In this document: in pieces, positions 48,048 to 58,006 of the stretch
How the letters are laid out: each line of letters starts with the position of its first letter
How positions within the stretch are numbered: position 1 is the first letter of the stretch
From: an uncultured Acidobacteriota bacterium
GTDB lineage: Bacteria > Acidobacteriota > Thermoanaerobaculia > UBA5066 > DATFVB01
Length of the DNA stretch: 64,000 bases
Assembly (NCBI GenBank): GCA_963813155.1
Contig: CAWEYG010000004.1
Location: 1 to 64,000, forward strand
Direction of reading: 5' to 3'
Program-made: the position numbers and the translations under genes
Notes under the pieces: generated by a model
Told to the model about the DNA's origin: nothing
What the model saw: only the letters and a program-made list of their open reading frames with translations
Databases searched by the model: none

Positions 48048-48593
48048 ATGAATTCGATCGGCGACTGGCTGCGAAAGATCGCGCGAGCTCTCGAGCTCGA
48101 CCGCCTGTTCGACGGCGAAACGGGGTTTTTCGTCCGACATGGGGGTTCGCCGCGTCCTTCGCCGGAACCCGGAGAAGGTTCGGCCTCCTCTTTGGAGCCT
48201 CCCTCGCTCGAGATTCGCGTCGGGTCGCCGTTCATTTCGCCGGCCGTTTCCCCGGCTTCGGACGGCGCATCGCGCTCGGGCTCGCCTTTCGCAACGAGCT
48301 TCGTCGCGACCTGGCGTCCCGTGCCGACCCCGCCGGATCGCTGGATCCAGTTCCTGCGGGAGGCGCCGTTCGGAACTCAGACCACGACTGCCCGCGAGCT
48401 CCGCTGGAACGGAAAGGAGATCTCGATCGAGCGCGTTACCGAAGGGGAGATCGAGGCTTTCGTCTCCCGGATGGACGAGTGGGCCGAATACGCGAATCGC
48501 GAGTTCGCCGGCTGGCAGGCCACGCCCGAGGTCCGGGCGAATTTCGAAGCACAGTCCCGCGCCCGCCAACTCCAGGAGAAGCTCCGGCGCTAA
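48048..48593 (+). CDS. Hypothetical protein
   Basis: Fills the gap with protein-like composition, has TAAGAT 7 nt upstream of the ATG, and ends 5 nt before the next gene. No family recognised. Confidence 0.65.
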   Translation: MNSIGDWLRKIARALELDRLFDGETGFFVRHGGSPRPSPEPGEGSASSLEPPSLEIRVGSPFISPAVSPASDGASRSGSPFATSFVATWRPVPTPPDRWIQFLREAPFGTQTTTARELRWNGKEISIERVTEGEIEAFVSRMDEWAEYANREFAGWQATPEVRANFEAQSRARQLQEKLRR

Positions 48594-48598
48594 TCGGG

Positions 48599-49150
48599 AT
48601 GGACGAGTCCGGGCGCAAGCAGGTCCTCGACTACGTCAAGCCGCTGTCGGTCGGACTGGACGGAGTCACGAATTTCGGCGACGTCGAACGGATCGTGCGG
48701 GCCTGCCTGGCCATCGCGGCCGATCGGTCCGATCTCGACGGGGACCGGCTTTTTCTGCTGGCCGTGTTTTCCGGTCAGGACAAGTGGGTGGGGAAGTTCG
48801 GGCATGGCACGCGAACGGAGCTGTTCCTTTCTTCGGTCGGCGTTCCGGCGGAGGAATTCCGGCGGCTGCTGCGCTCCCTGTCCCGCTTTCGAGAGGACCC
48901 CCGCACAGGCGAGGAAGAGGTCGTTCACGACGCCGTCCGGCTGGAAGAGCTCGGCGCCTACGGGATCGCTCGCATCGTCGCGGAGGGCGCTCACGACCGG
49001 ATGGACTTCCGGGAGCTGGCGGGCGCGATCGAGAGTGACGCGCGCGACGACTTCCGAACGGAGCGCGGGCGCGAGCTCGCGACTCCCCGGATCGCGCTGA
49101 TGCGGCAATTCGCCGCGCGGCTGCGAGGAGAAGTCGAAGAGTTCGGTTAG
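48599..49150 (+). CDS. HD-domain-like (YedJ-type) protein lacking the metal ligands
   Basis: EEEVVHDAVRLEELGAYGIAR and FRTERGRELA..R mirror the HD/YedJ C-terminal motifs, but the HD position reads SG. Confidence 0.7.
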   Translation: MDESGRKQVLDYVKPLSVGLDGVTNFGDVERIVRACLAIAADRSDLDGDRLFLLAVFSGQDKWVGKFGHGTRTELFLSSVGVPAEEFRRLLRSLSRFREDPRTGEEEVVHDAVRLEELGAYGIARIVAEGAHDRMDFRELAGAIESDARDDFRTERGRELATPRIALMRQFAARLRGEVEEFG

Positions 49151-49903
49151 AACAGCGAGCGGCCGCCGTCGAGGACGACGACCTGGCCGGTCAGGAAGCG
49201 CGGGCCCCTCGCAGAGAAAGCGCACGGTCTGGGCGACTTCCTCCGGCGTTCCGAGGCGCTGCAGCGGAATCTGGGCGACGAGCTTCTCGGTCTCGGCTTT
49301 CGCCATGGACTCCGGCGGCAGGATCGTGCCGGGCGCGATCCCGTTCACGGAAACTTCGGGCGCCATCTGGCGCGCGAGAACGCGGACGACCATCTCCAGG
49401 GCCGCCTTCGAGATCGCGTGCGCGGAATAGTCCTTCCAGACGCGGTGCGCGGCCAGGTCGGAGAGGAGCACGATTCTTCCTCTCCGCTTCCGGAGCTCCG
49501 CCTCCGCCGCTCGCGCGAGGAGGAAGTTCGCTCGCGCGTTGACGTTCATCGCTTCGTCCCAGACGAGCGCGGTCGTTTTCGAGAACGGAACGCGAAGGAA
49601 GTTCGCGGCGGAGCCGACGAGAACGTCGAGGCGCCCCATCGAGCGAAGAGCCCTGTCGACGAGCCGGGGAGCCTCGCTCGATTTCGCGAGGTTCGCTTTC
49701 ATTTCCGCGGCGCGCGCTCCGAGGGCGCGAACCTCGCGCGCGAGCTGCTCGGCGGAGGCGGACGAGGACCGGTAGTGGAGGACGAGGTCGTAGCCCGCCG
49801 TCGCGAGCTCGAGCGCGATCGCTCGGCCGACGCGGACGGCGCTTCCGGTCACGAGTGCGACCTTTCGGGTCCCGGGTCGGGCGGGCGCGCGGACGGAGCT
49901 CAT
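49147..49903 (-). CDS. SDR, pteridine-reductase-like (frameshift near 49200)
   Basis: LVTGSAVRVG, VNGIAPG, PLQRLGTPEEVA, shifted tail FLTGQVVVLDGGRSLF*. Confidence 0.85.
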
Positions 49904-51646
49904 TTCCAGAAACTATAGGCGTATCCGGGCGCCGCGTAGGCCGCGTCCGAAATCGCGGTCAGGTCGGCGTCCCGGTCGTGGTCCATTTCCTTGAGACTGC
50001 CGACGATGCGGTGCCGCGCTTCGCGCACGAAGACCTTTGCGAGCCGGATCTCGTCGGCGGCCTTTTCCGCTCCCTTTTGCCGGATCTCGGCCGTCACCCG
50101 GGACAGCGTCGCGAAGCCGGCGAAGAGCTCGATCGCGGCGCTCGCGAGCCGTTCCTGGTGGTACTGCTTTTCGACGACCCGCTTGCCGTATTTTCGCAGG
50201 AGCGTCTCGACGGCGTTCGCGAGCGCGGCCGAATACCGCACGAGCATCTCTCCCTCCGCGGCGAGCTCGGGCGCGACGCCGGCGAGGTGGCCAGGCTTGA
50301 CGACCCGCTTGATCCGCGTTCCGGCGAAGCTCGACAGGATTCCAAGGGAGCTGAGCGGCGCCTTGAGCGCTTCGCCGACGCCTTTCATGTACTCGCCGAC
50401 GTCGCGCACGCCGGACAGGGCGATCAGCATCCGGAGAATCTCGTTCGTCCCCTCGAAGATCATGTTGATCCGCGAGTCGCGGAGGGCCTTCTCGTAGGGA
50501 TATTCCTCCATGAAGCCGTTGCCGCCGGCGATCTGCAGCGCGTCGTTGATGTTCCTCCAGACGATTTCCGTCCCGAAGACCTTGCAGCAGGCGCCTTCGA
50601 GCGAATAGTCCTCGACGCCCGAATCGATGAGCCCCGTGGTGAAGTACACCATCGATTCGAGCGCGTAGGTGTCGACGACCATCCGCGCGAACTTCGTTCG
50701 GATCATTTCGAAGTGTGCGATCGGCTTTTGAAACTGCTTTCGCTGAGTCGCGTGGAGCGCGGCCGCGCGGAGCATCGCCTTCGATCCGCCCACGCACCCG
50801 GCCGCAAGCGACGTCCGGCCGGTGTTGAGCACCTCGACGGCGATCTTGAACCCCTGTCCGCGGGCGCCCAGCACGTTGGCCTCCGGCACGCGAAGGTTCT
50901 CGAAGTGGATCTGGCACGTGGAGGAGCCCTTGAGGCCGAGCTTGTTTTCCTCCTTGCCGCGGGTCAGCCCGGCGAGGTCCGACGTCACGACGAATGCGGT
51001 GATCTTTCGGTGCGCCTCGGCCGCTTCGAGGTTCTCGTCGCGAGCGAAGACCGTGAAGAAGGAGGCAAAGCCGCCGTTCGAGATCCACTGCTTCGTTCCG
51101 TTGAGGACGAACTCCTTCTTCGCGGCGTCGTAGACCGCCGTGGTTTTCTGCGCCGCCGCGTCGGAGCCGGCTTCCGGCTCGGTGAGGGCGAACGCGGCGA
51201 TGAGCTCGCCCGAGGCGAGCCGGGGAAGCCACTTCCGTTTCTGTTCCTCCGTGCCGAACAGCATGAGACCCTTGCATCCGATGGACTGGTGGGCTCCGAC
51301 GACGATCGCGAGCGAGGCGTCCGCGATGCCGACCTCCTCCATCACCCGGCAGTAGGCCGACGCCGAGAAGCCGTATCCGCCGTACTCTTCGGGAATCGAC
51401 ATTCCCATCAATCCAAGCTCGGAGATTCCGCGGATGACGTCGTCTCCGACCGTGTGCTCGCGTTCGATCCTCGCCGGATCGACGTTCGCCGCGGCGAACT
51501 GCCGGAACGAATCGATGAACGTCGAGACCGTCTCGCGCTCCTCCGGGCGCGATCGCCGGGTAGGGGAACAGGACGTCCTCGTCGATTTCGCCGGCGAACA
51601 GCGACCTCAGGAACGTGCCGGAGCGGGTCGGCGTTTTTCGCGGCAT
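49900..51646 (-). CDS. Acyl-CoA dehydrogenase, VLCAD/ACAD9-like (frameshift near 51550)
   Basis: GAHQSIG, FALTEPEAGSD, LNGTKQWISNG, RKQF, AGGNGFM, IFEGTNEILR, with C-terminal extension. N-terminus TFLRSLFAGEI lies in another frame. Confidence 0.92.
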
Positions 51647-51657
51647 CCGGGCCTCCT

Positions 51658-53797
51658 TCAGGCGTCGGGGTGGAACTTTTTCTTGTCGTTCGCCATCCGA
51701 ACGAGAAGCGGCGACGGCTCGAACCGGGGGCCGAGCCGCTCTTCGAGATCCTCGAGGCGGTTGACGACGCGGTCGATTCCGAGATCGTCGGCGTAGCGGA
51801 GCAGGCCCCCGCGAAACGGCGGAAACCCGGTTCCGAAGATCATCGCGAGGTCGAGCTTGGCCGCGGAGGGCACGATCCCGTCGTCGAGGCAGAACGCGGC
51901 TTCGTTGACCATCGGCATGAGCAGCCGGGCCTGGAGGACCTCCGGGGGGAGAGGCGACTCGCTCGGCGGCCGCAGATTCAGCAGGCCGTAGGCGGACCGG
52001 TCCGGGCCGGTGCGCGTGGAGCCTTTGTAGAGGTAGAAGCCGCGCCCGGTCTTTCGGCCGAGCCGCTTCGCGTTCGCGAGGCTCTCGAAGTTGTCGGCGA
52101 CCGGAAGGCGTTTCGGAAACGCCTCGGCGAGGGTCTGCCCGGCCTTGATGGCGACGTCGATCCCGACGTCGTCGAGCAGCGCGAGCGGTCCCACCGGCAT
52201 TCCGAAATCGACCATCGAGGAATCGACGTCTTCGATCCGGCAGCCGTCCTGGAGGAGCCGCACCGATTCCGACAGGTACGGCGCGAGAATCCGGTTGACG
52301 AGAAACCCGGGGGCGTCTCGCACGACGACCGGGGTCTTGCCGAGACGGCGGGCGAGGTCGAAGACCGTCGCGATGGCCTCGTCCGAAGAGCGCTCTCCGC
52401 GGATCACCTCGACGAGCGGCATCTTGTGCACGGGATTGAAAAAATGCATCCCCACGACGCGCGCCGGCTGGGCGGCCGCGCTCGCGATTCGCGCGATCGG
52501 AATCGTCGACGTGTTCGAAGCGAAGATCGGATCGTCGCCGGCCGCGCGCTCCCATTCCCGAAGAACCGCCTGCTTGACCGCGAGCTTTTCGACGACCGCT
52601 TCGATCGTCACCTCCGCGGCGGCGAATCCCGAGTAATCGAGGCCTCCCGAGAGAAGGTCCATCTTTGCCCGGAACTGCGACGGCGTGAGGCGCCGCCGCT
52701 TCATCCGATCTTTCCAGACGGCCGCCGCGGCCTGGAACCCGTGGGCGAGCGGCTCGGGCGCGATGTCTTTCATCCGGGCGGGAATGCCCTTGTCGGCGGC
52801 GAGCTGGGCGATTCCGCCTCCCATCACGCCGGCTCCGAGAACCCCGACGCGCGTGACGGCGCGGGGCGAGAAGCCGGGATCGAGGGTTCCGGTCTCCTTC
52901 TTGATCTCCTCGGTCCAGAAAAAAATCCGCATGAGGTTCTTCTGGATCGGCGTGCCGATCAGATTGCCGAGATGAGCGTTTTCGATCGCGAGCGCCTCGC
53001 CGATCTTTCGCGGGTATCCCTCTTCGACGGCGGCGAGGGCCTCGAGCGGCGCCGGGTAGTGGCCGTGCGTCCGCGCGAAGACCGCCTGGCGCGCTTTTCG
53101 AAACACGAGCGCGCGGCCGAGCGGGTTTCCCTCGAGAACGAAAAGGGCGGGCGACGGCCGGAGCCTCCGGCCCCGCGGCTTGCGGGTTCGAAACTTCGAC
53201 CGCGCGAACTTCTCCGTCCATTCCCCGAAGATCGGCTCCGGGACGACAGCGTCGGCGAGCCCGATTTTCAGCGCGCGCTTACCGTCGAGCGCTTTGCCGG
53301 TCAGGATCATGTCGAGCGCCGCGGACACGCCCACGAGGCGGGGAAGGCGCTGCGTTCCGCCCCATCCGGGGAGGATGCCCAGGTTGACTTCCGGCAGGCC
53401 GATCACCGCTTTCGGGGAGTCCGACACGACGCGGTAGTCGCACGCGAGCGCGAGCTCGGTGCCGCCGCCGAGGCACGCGCCGGCGATCGCGGCGACGGTC
53501 GGAAAGGGGAGGCGGGACCATCGGTCGAAGATCTGCTGGCCGATCGGCGGACTTCATCCTGCCTTCCTCGGGCGAACCGATGTTCTCGATCTCGCGAACG
53601 TCGGCGCCGGCGATGAAGATGTCCTTCTTCGCGGAGAGAAAAAGCAACGCCGCGATTCCGTTCGCGGCGGAGAGCCTGTCGGTCAGGCTGCTCAGCTCTT
53701 CCATCACGGACGTGGAGAACTTGTTGACCTTCTCGTCGAGATCGAAAGTGACGACGGCCAGGGAATCGATGAGGGCCAGGCGGAAGGCGTTGCCCAT
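51658..53797 (-). CDS. fadJ: Fatty acid oxidation complex alpha subunit (enoyl-CoA hydratase / 3-hydroxyacyl-CoA dehydrogenase; frameshift near 53545)
   Basis: [67 protein letters not shown]. Confidence 0.9.
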
Positions 53798-53820
53798 CGT
53801 CCGGCAGTATATCCGCACGC

Positions 53821-53848
53821 AAAAGAACGCCCCGGCGAAACCGGGGCG
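53821..53848 (-). terminator. Intrinsic terminator after the FecR/DUF6600-like gene
   Basis: Minus strand CGCCCCGG-TTTCG-CCGGGGCG followed by TTCTTTT. Confidence 0.75.
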
Positions 53849-53873
53849 AAGGAGATCTCGAAGGTCGCGCCGG

Positions 53874-55844
53874 TCAGCGGTGCGGCCGGTCGTCTCGGCT
53901 TGGCGGAGCGGAACGCTGCTGGGCTCTCGGCGGCGGCGCTGCGGAACGCGGAGCCGGACTTTCATGCCGCGGGGCCGCCTCGGAGCGTGGACGGGGCGGA
54001 GGCTCGAAGTTTCGCGGCGAACCCTCGATCCTCCGCGGAGACTCGTAGCGCTGAGGCGGAGGCCCTTCGAATCGTCGCGGCGAGCCGTCGTACCGCTGCG
54101 GGATTTCCCGCGGGTTCGGTTCGACGCGCCTTCCGCGGTCGATCCCCTCGATCACTCGCTGGGCCGGAGGGGCGCTGGAGCGCCCCCTCCAGCTCTCGGT
54201 GGAAAACGTCTCGGCCCGGGAACGGGAATCCGGTCGGGGCGACCCGGGCTCGAAGCTGCCCGGTCCCGCGGGAGCGATGCGCGAGGAGGGACGTTCTCGC
54301 CAGTCGGACCGCGCCGCGAGATTCCGCGGCGCCGAAGGAACTGCCCGGGTTCTCGGATCGAGCGCGCGATCGTCTCCCTGCAGCGTTCTCCAGGCCTCCT
54401 GCCGGGGGCCCGGGATCGAGCGCGGCGAATCGGATCGCGGGCTGCCGACGCGCGCGGAGCTCTCCTGCGCGAGCGCCTGGATCGTCGCGGGCGGCAACGT
54501 TCGTTCCCTCGCGAGGAAGGGCGTGAGCGCGGCCGACTGAGTCGACGTGGTTTGCCGCGAGATCGCCTGGGGCGCCGAGCGAGCGAAGGACTTGAGCAAC
54601 GCGGGCGCCATCCCGGCCCTTCCGGAAATCGGCACGACGGCGGGTTGCGAAGTGACCGCGAGACTCGTGCCGAGCCGTCCGGCGATCGACCGCCCGGAAA
54701 GAATGGACCGCCGGTCGAACGGCTGGCCGAATTTGTCGACGCCGAGGAAACGCCATCCCCGGCCGATGTCGATGCGGGCGGTGTCGAAGACCCCGTTGAT
54801 CGGGACGTTCCGGCCCCACCGTCTGCCGTTAGAGCCCCCGTAGTAGCCGGCCGGGCACCATCCCACGTAAGAGCCGGTATAGCCCCAGTAGACCCACGCG
54901 GGAGAGAACAGATACGCCGGGGACCAGCACCACGAGTTGAAGGCCGCGTCGAAGAACCAGTTTCCGTAGTGATGGGGAAACCATCCCCACGGCTCGTACG
55001 AAACCCAGGAAGCGCCGACCGGCGTGTAGTACCAGTATCCCGAGCTGTAGGGCGACCAGTCCGCCGAGACGGTGGGCCGCCACACTTCCTGCTGGTAGGT
55101 GGGGGAATAGTCCCACTGGCCGTAGTCGTCGAGGACCGCCACGTCTTCGTCGTAGTCGCTGCCTTCCACGTATTTGGCCGACGCGGAGTTGTACGCCGCG
55201 AGCGTCGAATCGGTCCGGTCCGCGACCCACACGTCGAAGCGATCCCGCGAGAAGGATCCGCGCTCGACTTCCGGCTGCTCGCCGCCGCGGATCAGGAGAT
55301 AGCTGCCCTGATCCACCGTCGTCGAGCCAGCCCGCGTTCGGATTTCCGCGGAACCGCGCCGGACGACGACCGAGGTGCCCCGGGCGGCCTCGATGTTGAT
55401 CCGGGCCTGCGACTGCGCGGGGAGATAGACCGATGCGTCGGGTGTGTCGATTCGAAGCGCCGAGTCGCCCCCCGTGAGGGATTCTGCGGCCACGGAGCCT
55501 TCCAGGACGTTGAGCGACGATTCCGACGCCGAGGATCCCTCCTGGCTCGCAACGGCGTCGAGGCGAACGCGCGACTCGCCGGCGACCTGGAAGCGGTTGC
55601 CGTCGGCGAGCTCGATTTCGGCCCGGCCGCCGGCGTTGGTGACCACCTGGTCGCCTTCGGCGAGCGGAAGATTCACTCTGGCGTCGACTTCTCCGTTCGC
55701 CTCCGAAGTCACGGAAGCGGACCCCTCGACGGCGGTCAGATGGGAATAGCCGTTTCGCTGGGCGCGCGCGGGCAGCGCGAAGAGCCCGAGCGCAACAAGA
55801 ATGACGAGGACGAATGCCGGGCGCTGAAAGAATTTGCTGCTCAT
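53874..55844 (-). CDS. Secreted FecR-like + DUF6600-like protein with low-complexity Pro/Arg tail
   Basis: Signal peptide, FecR-like LAEGDQVVT..GRAEI, aromatic repeats WSPYSSGYW..WVSYEPWGWFPHHYGNW, disordered C-terminus. Confidence 0.78.
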   Translation of the reverse strand: MSSKFFQRPAFVLVILVALGLFALPARAQRNGYSHLTAVEGSASVTSEANGEVDARVNLPLAEGDQVVTNAGGRAEIELADGNRFQVAGESRVRLDAVASQEGSSASESSLNVLEGSVAAESLTGGDSALRIDTPDASVYLPAQSQARINIEAARGTSVVVRRGSAEIRTRAGSTTVDQGSYLLIRGGEQPEVERGSFSRDRFDVWVADRTDSTLAAYNSASAKYVEGSDYDEDVAVLDDYGQWDYSPTYQQEVWRPTVSADWSPYSSGYWYYTPVGASWVSYEPWGWFPHHYGNWFFDAAFNSWCWSPAYLFSPAWVYWGYTGSYVGWCPAGYYGGSNGRRWGRNVPINGVFDTARIDIGRGWRFLGVDKFGQPFDRRSILSGRSIAGRLGTSLAVTSQPAVVPISGRAGMAPALLKSFARSAPQAISRQTTSTQSAALTPFLARERTLPPATIQALAQESSARVGSPRSDSPRSIPGPRQEAWRTLQGDDRALDPRTRAVPSAPRNLAARSDWRERPSSRIAPAGPGSFEPGSPRPDSRSRAETFSTESWRGRSSAPPAQRVIEGIDRGRRVEPNPREIPQRYDGSPRRFEGPPPQRYESPRRIEGSPRNFEPPPRPRSEAAPRHESPAPRSAAPPPRAQQRSAPPSRDDRPHR

Positions 55845-55885
55845 CTCTCTCTCCCCGGACGCCGGAGCGTCCATGGTATCGATGG

Positions 55886-55902
55886 AGCGAGATCAATGCC
55901 AG
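55886..55902 (-). promoter_or_regulatory. Possible sigma54 promoter
   Basis: Minus strand CTGGCATTGATCTCGCT (GG-N10-GC) with an AT-rich tract just upstream. Confidence 0.35.
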
Positions 55903-56006
55903 AGTTTATCGTTTGTTTTCTGATGATTAGACAGCGCCCTCGTCCTGTATTCGTGACAGCCGCGGATCGGGGAGGACACGGACGGCGGCCTGCTAAGATC
56001 CGGGGA

Positions 56007-56714
56007 ATGGCCGAACAAGAAGGTCCGGGGAGGGCGGCGCTCGAGCGCTCCGCCGAAGAAGCGAGACTCGCGGGCCGCGAGAAGGAGGCCCTCTCCCTTT
56101 TCGAGGACCTCGTTCGGGCAGACCTGCGGGCCGGGCAAATCGCGCGGGCCGTGTCGGTCTATCAAAAAATCGTGCTGTGGAAGCCGGAGCTCCGGGACCT
56201 GCATCGCCGCCTTGCGCAGCAGATCGGAGACGCGCGGGAATCCACGCTACCCGGAAGGCCTTCTGCGGCCGCGCCCGGTTCCGCGCTTCCGGAGAGCCCC
56301 CTTTTCCAGGGAATTCCGGCCGAGCAGCTGCCCGATGTGCTTCAGAGCATGCAGCCGAGGAAATTCGCCGCCGGCGACGAGGTCGTCCGCGAGGGCGATC
56401 CGGGCGACTCCCTCTTTCTGATCACGGAGGGAAGCGCGTCGGTGCACACCCGGGACGAAGAAGGGCGGGAGGTCCCGCTCGCCACGCTCGGCATCGGGGA
56501 TTTCTTCGGGGAGGTCTCGCTGCTCACGTCCCGGCCCCGGACGGCCACCGTGCGCGCGGACTCCGCCGTCGGCGTCCTCGAGCTCGACCGGGAGCGCCTC
56601 GCGCTGCTGCGCGCCCGATTCCCCGGCGTGGACCAGGCCCTTTCCGACTTTCACCGCCTGCGCGCGCAGAGGACGATCGAGTCGATCCTGGCCCGGCGCC
56701 GCCGGCCGTCGTGA
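56007..56714 (+). CDS. Cyclic-nucleotide-binding domain protein with TPR-like N-terminus
   Basis: VVREGDPGDSLFLI..FFGEVSLLTSRPRTATV, N-terminal helical repeat ARAVSVYQKIVLWKP. Confidence 0.85.
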   Translation: MAEQEGPGRAALERSAEEARLAGREKEALSLFEDLVRADLRAGQIARAVSVYQKIVLWKPELRDLHRRLAQQIGDARESTLPGRPSAAAPGSALPESPLFQGIPAEQLPDVLQSMQPRKFAAGDEVVREGDPGDSLFLITEGSASVHTRDEEGREVPLATLGIGDFFGEVSLLTSRPRTATVRADSAVGVLELDRERLALLRARFPGVDQALSDFHRLRAQRTIESILARRRRPS

Positions 56715-56727
56715 AGCTGCCGCGGCC

Positions 56728-57228
56728 GTGATTCGCGAGATCGTCAAGTACGGGGACCCTCGCCTGCACGGGAGGAACGAAGAGGTCGTGGATTTCGGCG
56801 CCGACCTCCGGGAGCTCGTCCGCGATCTCGTCGAGACCTGCCATGCCGCGCCCGGCCTCGGTCTGGCGGCGCCGCAGATCGGCGTCAACCTTCGTGTCGC
56901 GATCGTCGATCTGTCGATCGGAGCGGAGCCCTCCAGCGTGGTCGTTCTCGTCAACCCGGTGCTGCTCTCGTCCGAAGGAGAAATTCGAGAGGACGAAGGA
57001 TGCCTGTCGATCCCGGGCCTCTCCGAACCGTTGACGCGCCCGGCGAAGGTGGTCGTCGAGGCCGCGGACGCGGGCGGGACGCGAAGAAGGGTTGAGGGGG
57101 AGTCGCTGTTCGCGCGGGCGCTGCTCCACGAAACCGATCATCTGGATTCCCGCCTTTTCGTCGACCGGCTCCGCGGGCTGAAGGGGGAGCTCGTCCGGCG
57201 CAAGATCGCGCGCAAATTCAGGCGATGA
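56728..57228 (+). CDS. def: Peptide deformylase
   Basis: GLGLAAPQIG, EGCLS, HETDHL. Confidence 0.95.
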   Translation: MIREIVKYGDPRLHGRNEEVVDFGADLRELVRDLVETCHAAPGLGLAAPQIGVNLRVAIVDLSIGAEPSSVVVLVNPVLLSSEGEIREDEGCLSIPGLSEPLTRPAKVVVEAADAGGTRRRVEGESLFARALLHETDHLDSRLFVDRLRGLKGELVRRKIARKFRR

Positions 57229-57970
57229 CGAGGCGGCTCGGGCCTTCCGCGGGCTCGGCCCGCCGGATCCCGGCGAGGAGCAGCTCGCTCAATTCGACGA
57301 GCCGCGAGGATTCGTCCGCGTCGCAGGGCGCCTCCCGGTGGAGCCGGAAGATGGAGTCGCCGGCCCGGGGGATCTCGACCGCGACCGGCGCGGCGAGGTT
57401 GCCCCAGGAATAGATCGGCCGGCCGTGGGCGGAGATCGAAACGCCGTCCGCCTCGTAGGCTTCCGCGATGTCGGCCATCAGCTCGGCGATTCGCGGCGCG
57501 AGCGAGCCGAGGTCTTCCTGCTGGGAGAGCGACCGCGAGATGCGGAGGCATCGCTCGTAGAATCGGCCGCGGATCCGCAGCTCTTCGAGGAGCGACCGCG
57601 TCCGAAGCGCGTTGCGGAGACGGGCGCGAAGCTCGCGCGGCCGGAAGGGCCGCACGAGAAAGTCGAACGCGAGCGACGCGAACCCCTCCAGCACGTCCTC
57701 GGCTCGGTGCCGCGCCGTCACGAACAGGATCGGGATCTCGGACATCGCCGGGTCTGCCTTGAGAGAGCCGCAAAGCTCGTAACCGGAATTGTCGGGCATG
57801 AGGATGTCGAGGACGATCGCGTCGAACTGCCGCTCCGCGGCGAGCCGCCGGCCCTCGGCGCCGGACCCGCACCAAACGAGCTCCGCGGAGAGCCCCTCGA
57901 CGATGGAAGAGACGAGTTCCTGTTCCGAGTTGTCGTGATCCACGACGAGGATGCGGCGCCGGGACTTCAT
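57218..57970 (-). CDS. Atypical response regulator (REC plus small C-terminal domain)
   Basis: RILVVDH, VLDILMPDNSGYELC, IPILFVTA, DFLVRPF. Confidence 0.8.
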   Translation of the reverse strand: MKSRRRILVVDHDNSEQELVSSIVEGLSAELVWCGSGAEGRRLAAERQFDAIVLDILMPDNSGYELCGSLKADPAMSEIPILFVTARHRAEDVLEGFASLAFDFLVRPFRPRELRARLRNALRTRSLLEELRIRGRFYERCLRISRSLSQQEDLGSLAPRIAELMADIAEAYEADGVSISAHGRPIYSWGNLAAPVAVEIPRAGDSIFRLHREAPCDADESSRLVELSELLLAGIRRAEPAEGPSRLVIA

Positions 57971-58006
57971 TGAATTCAGAATAGCACAGGGTAAACTTCC
58001 GGGGAG

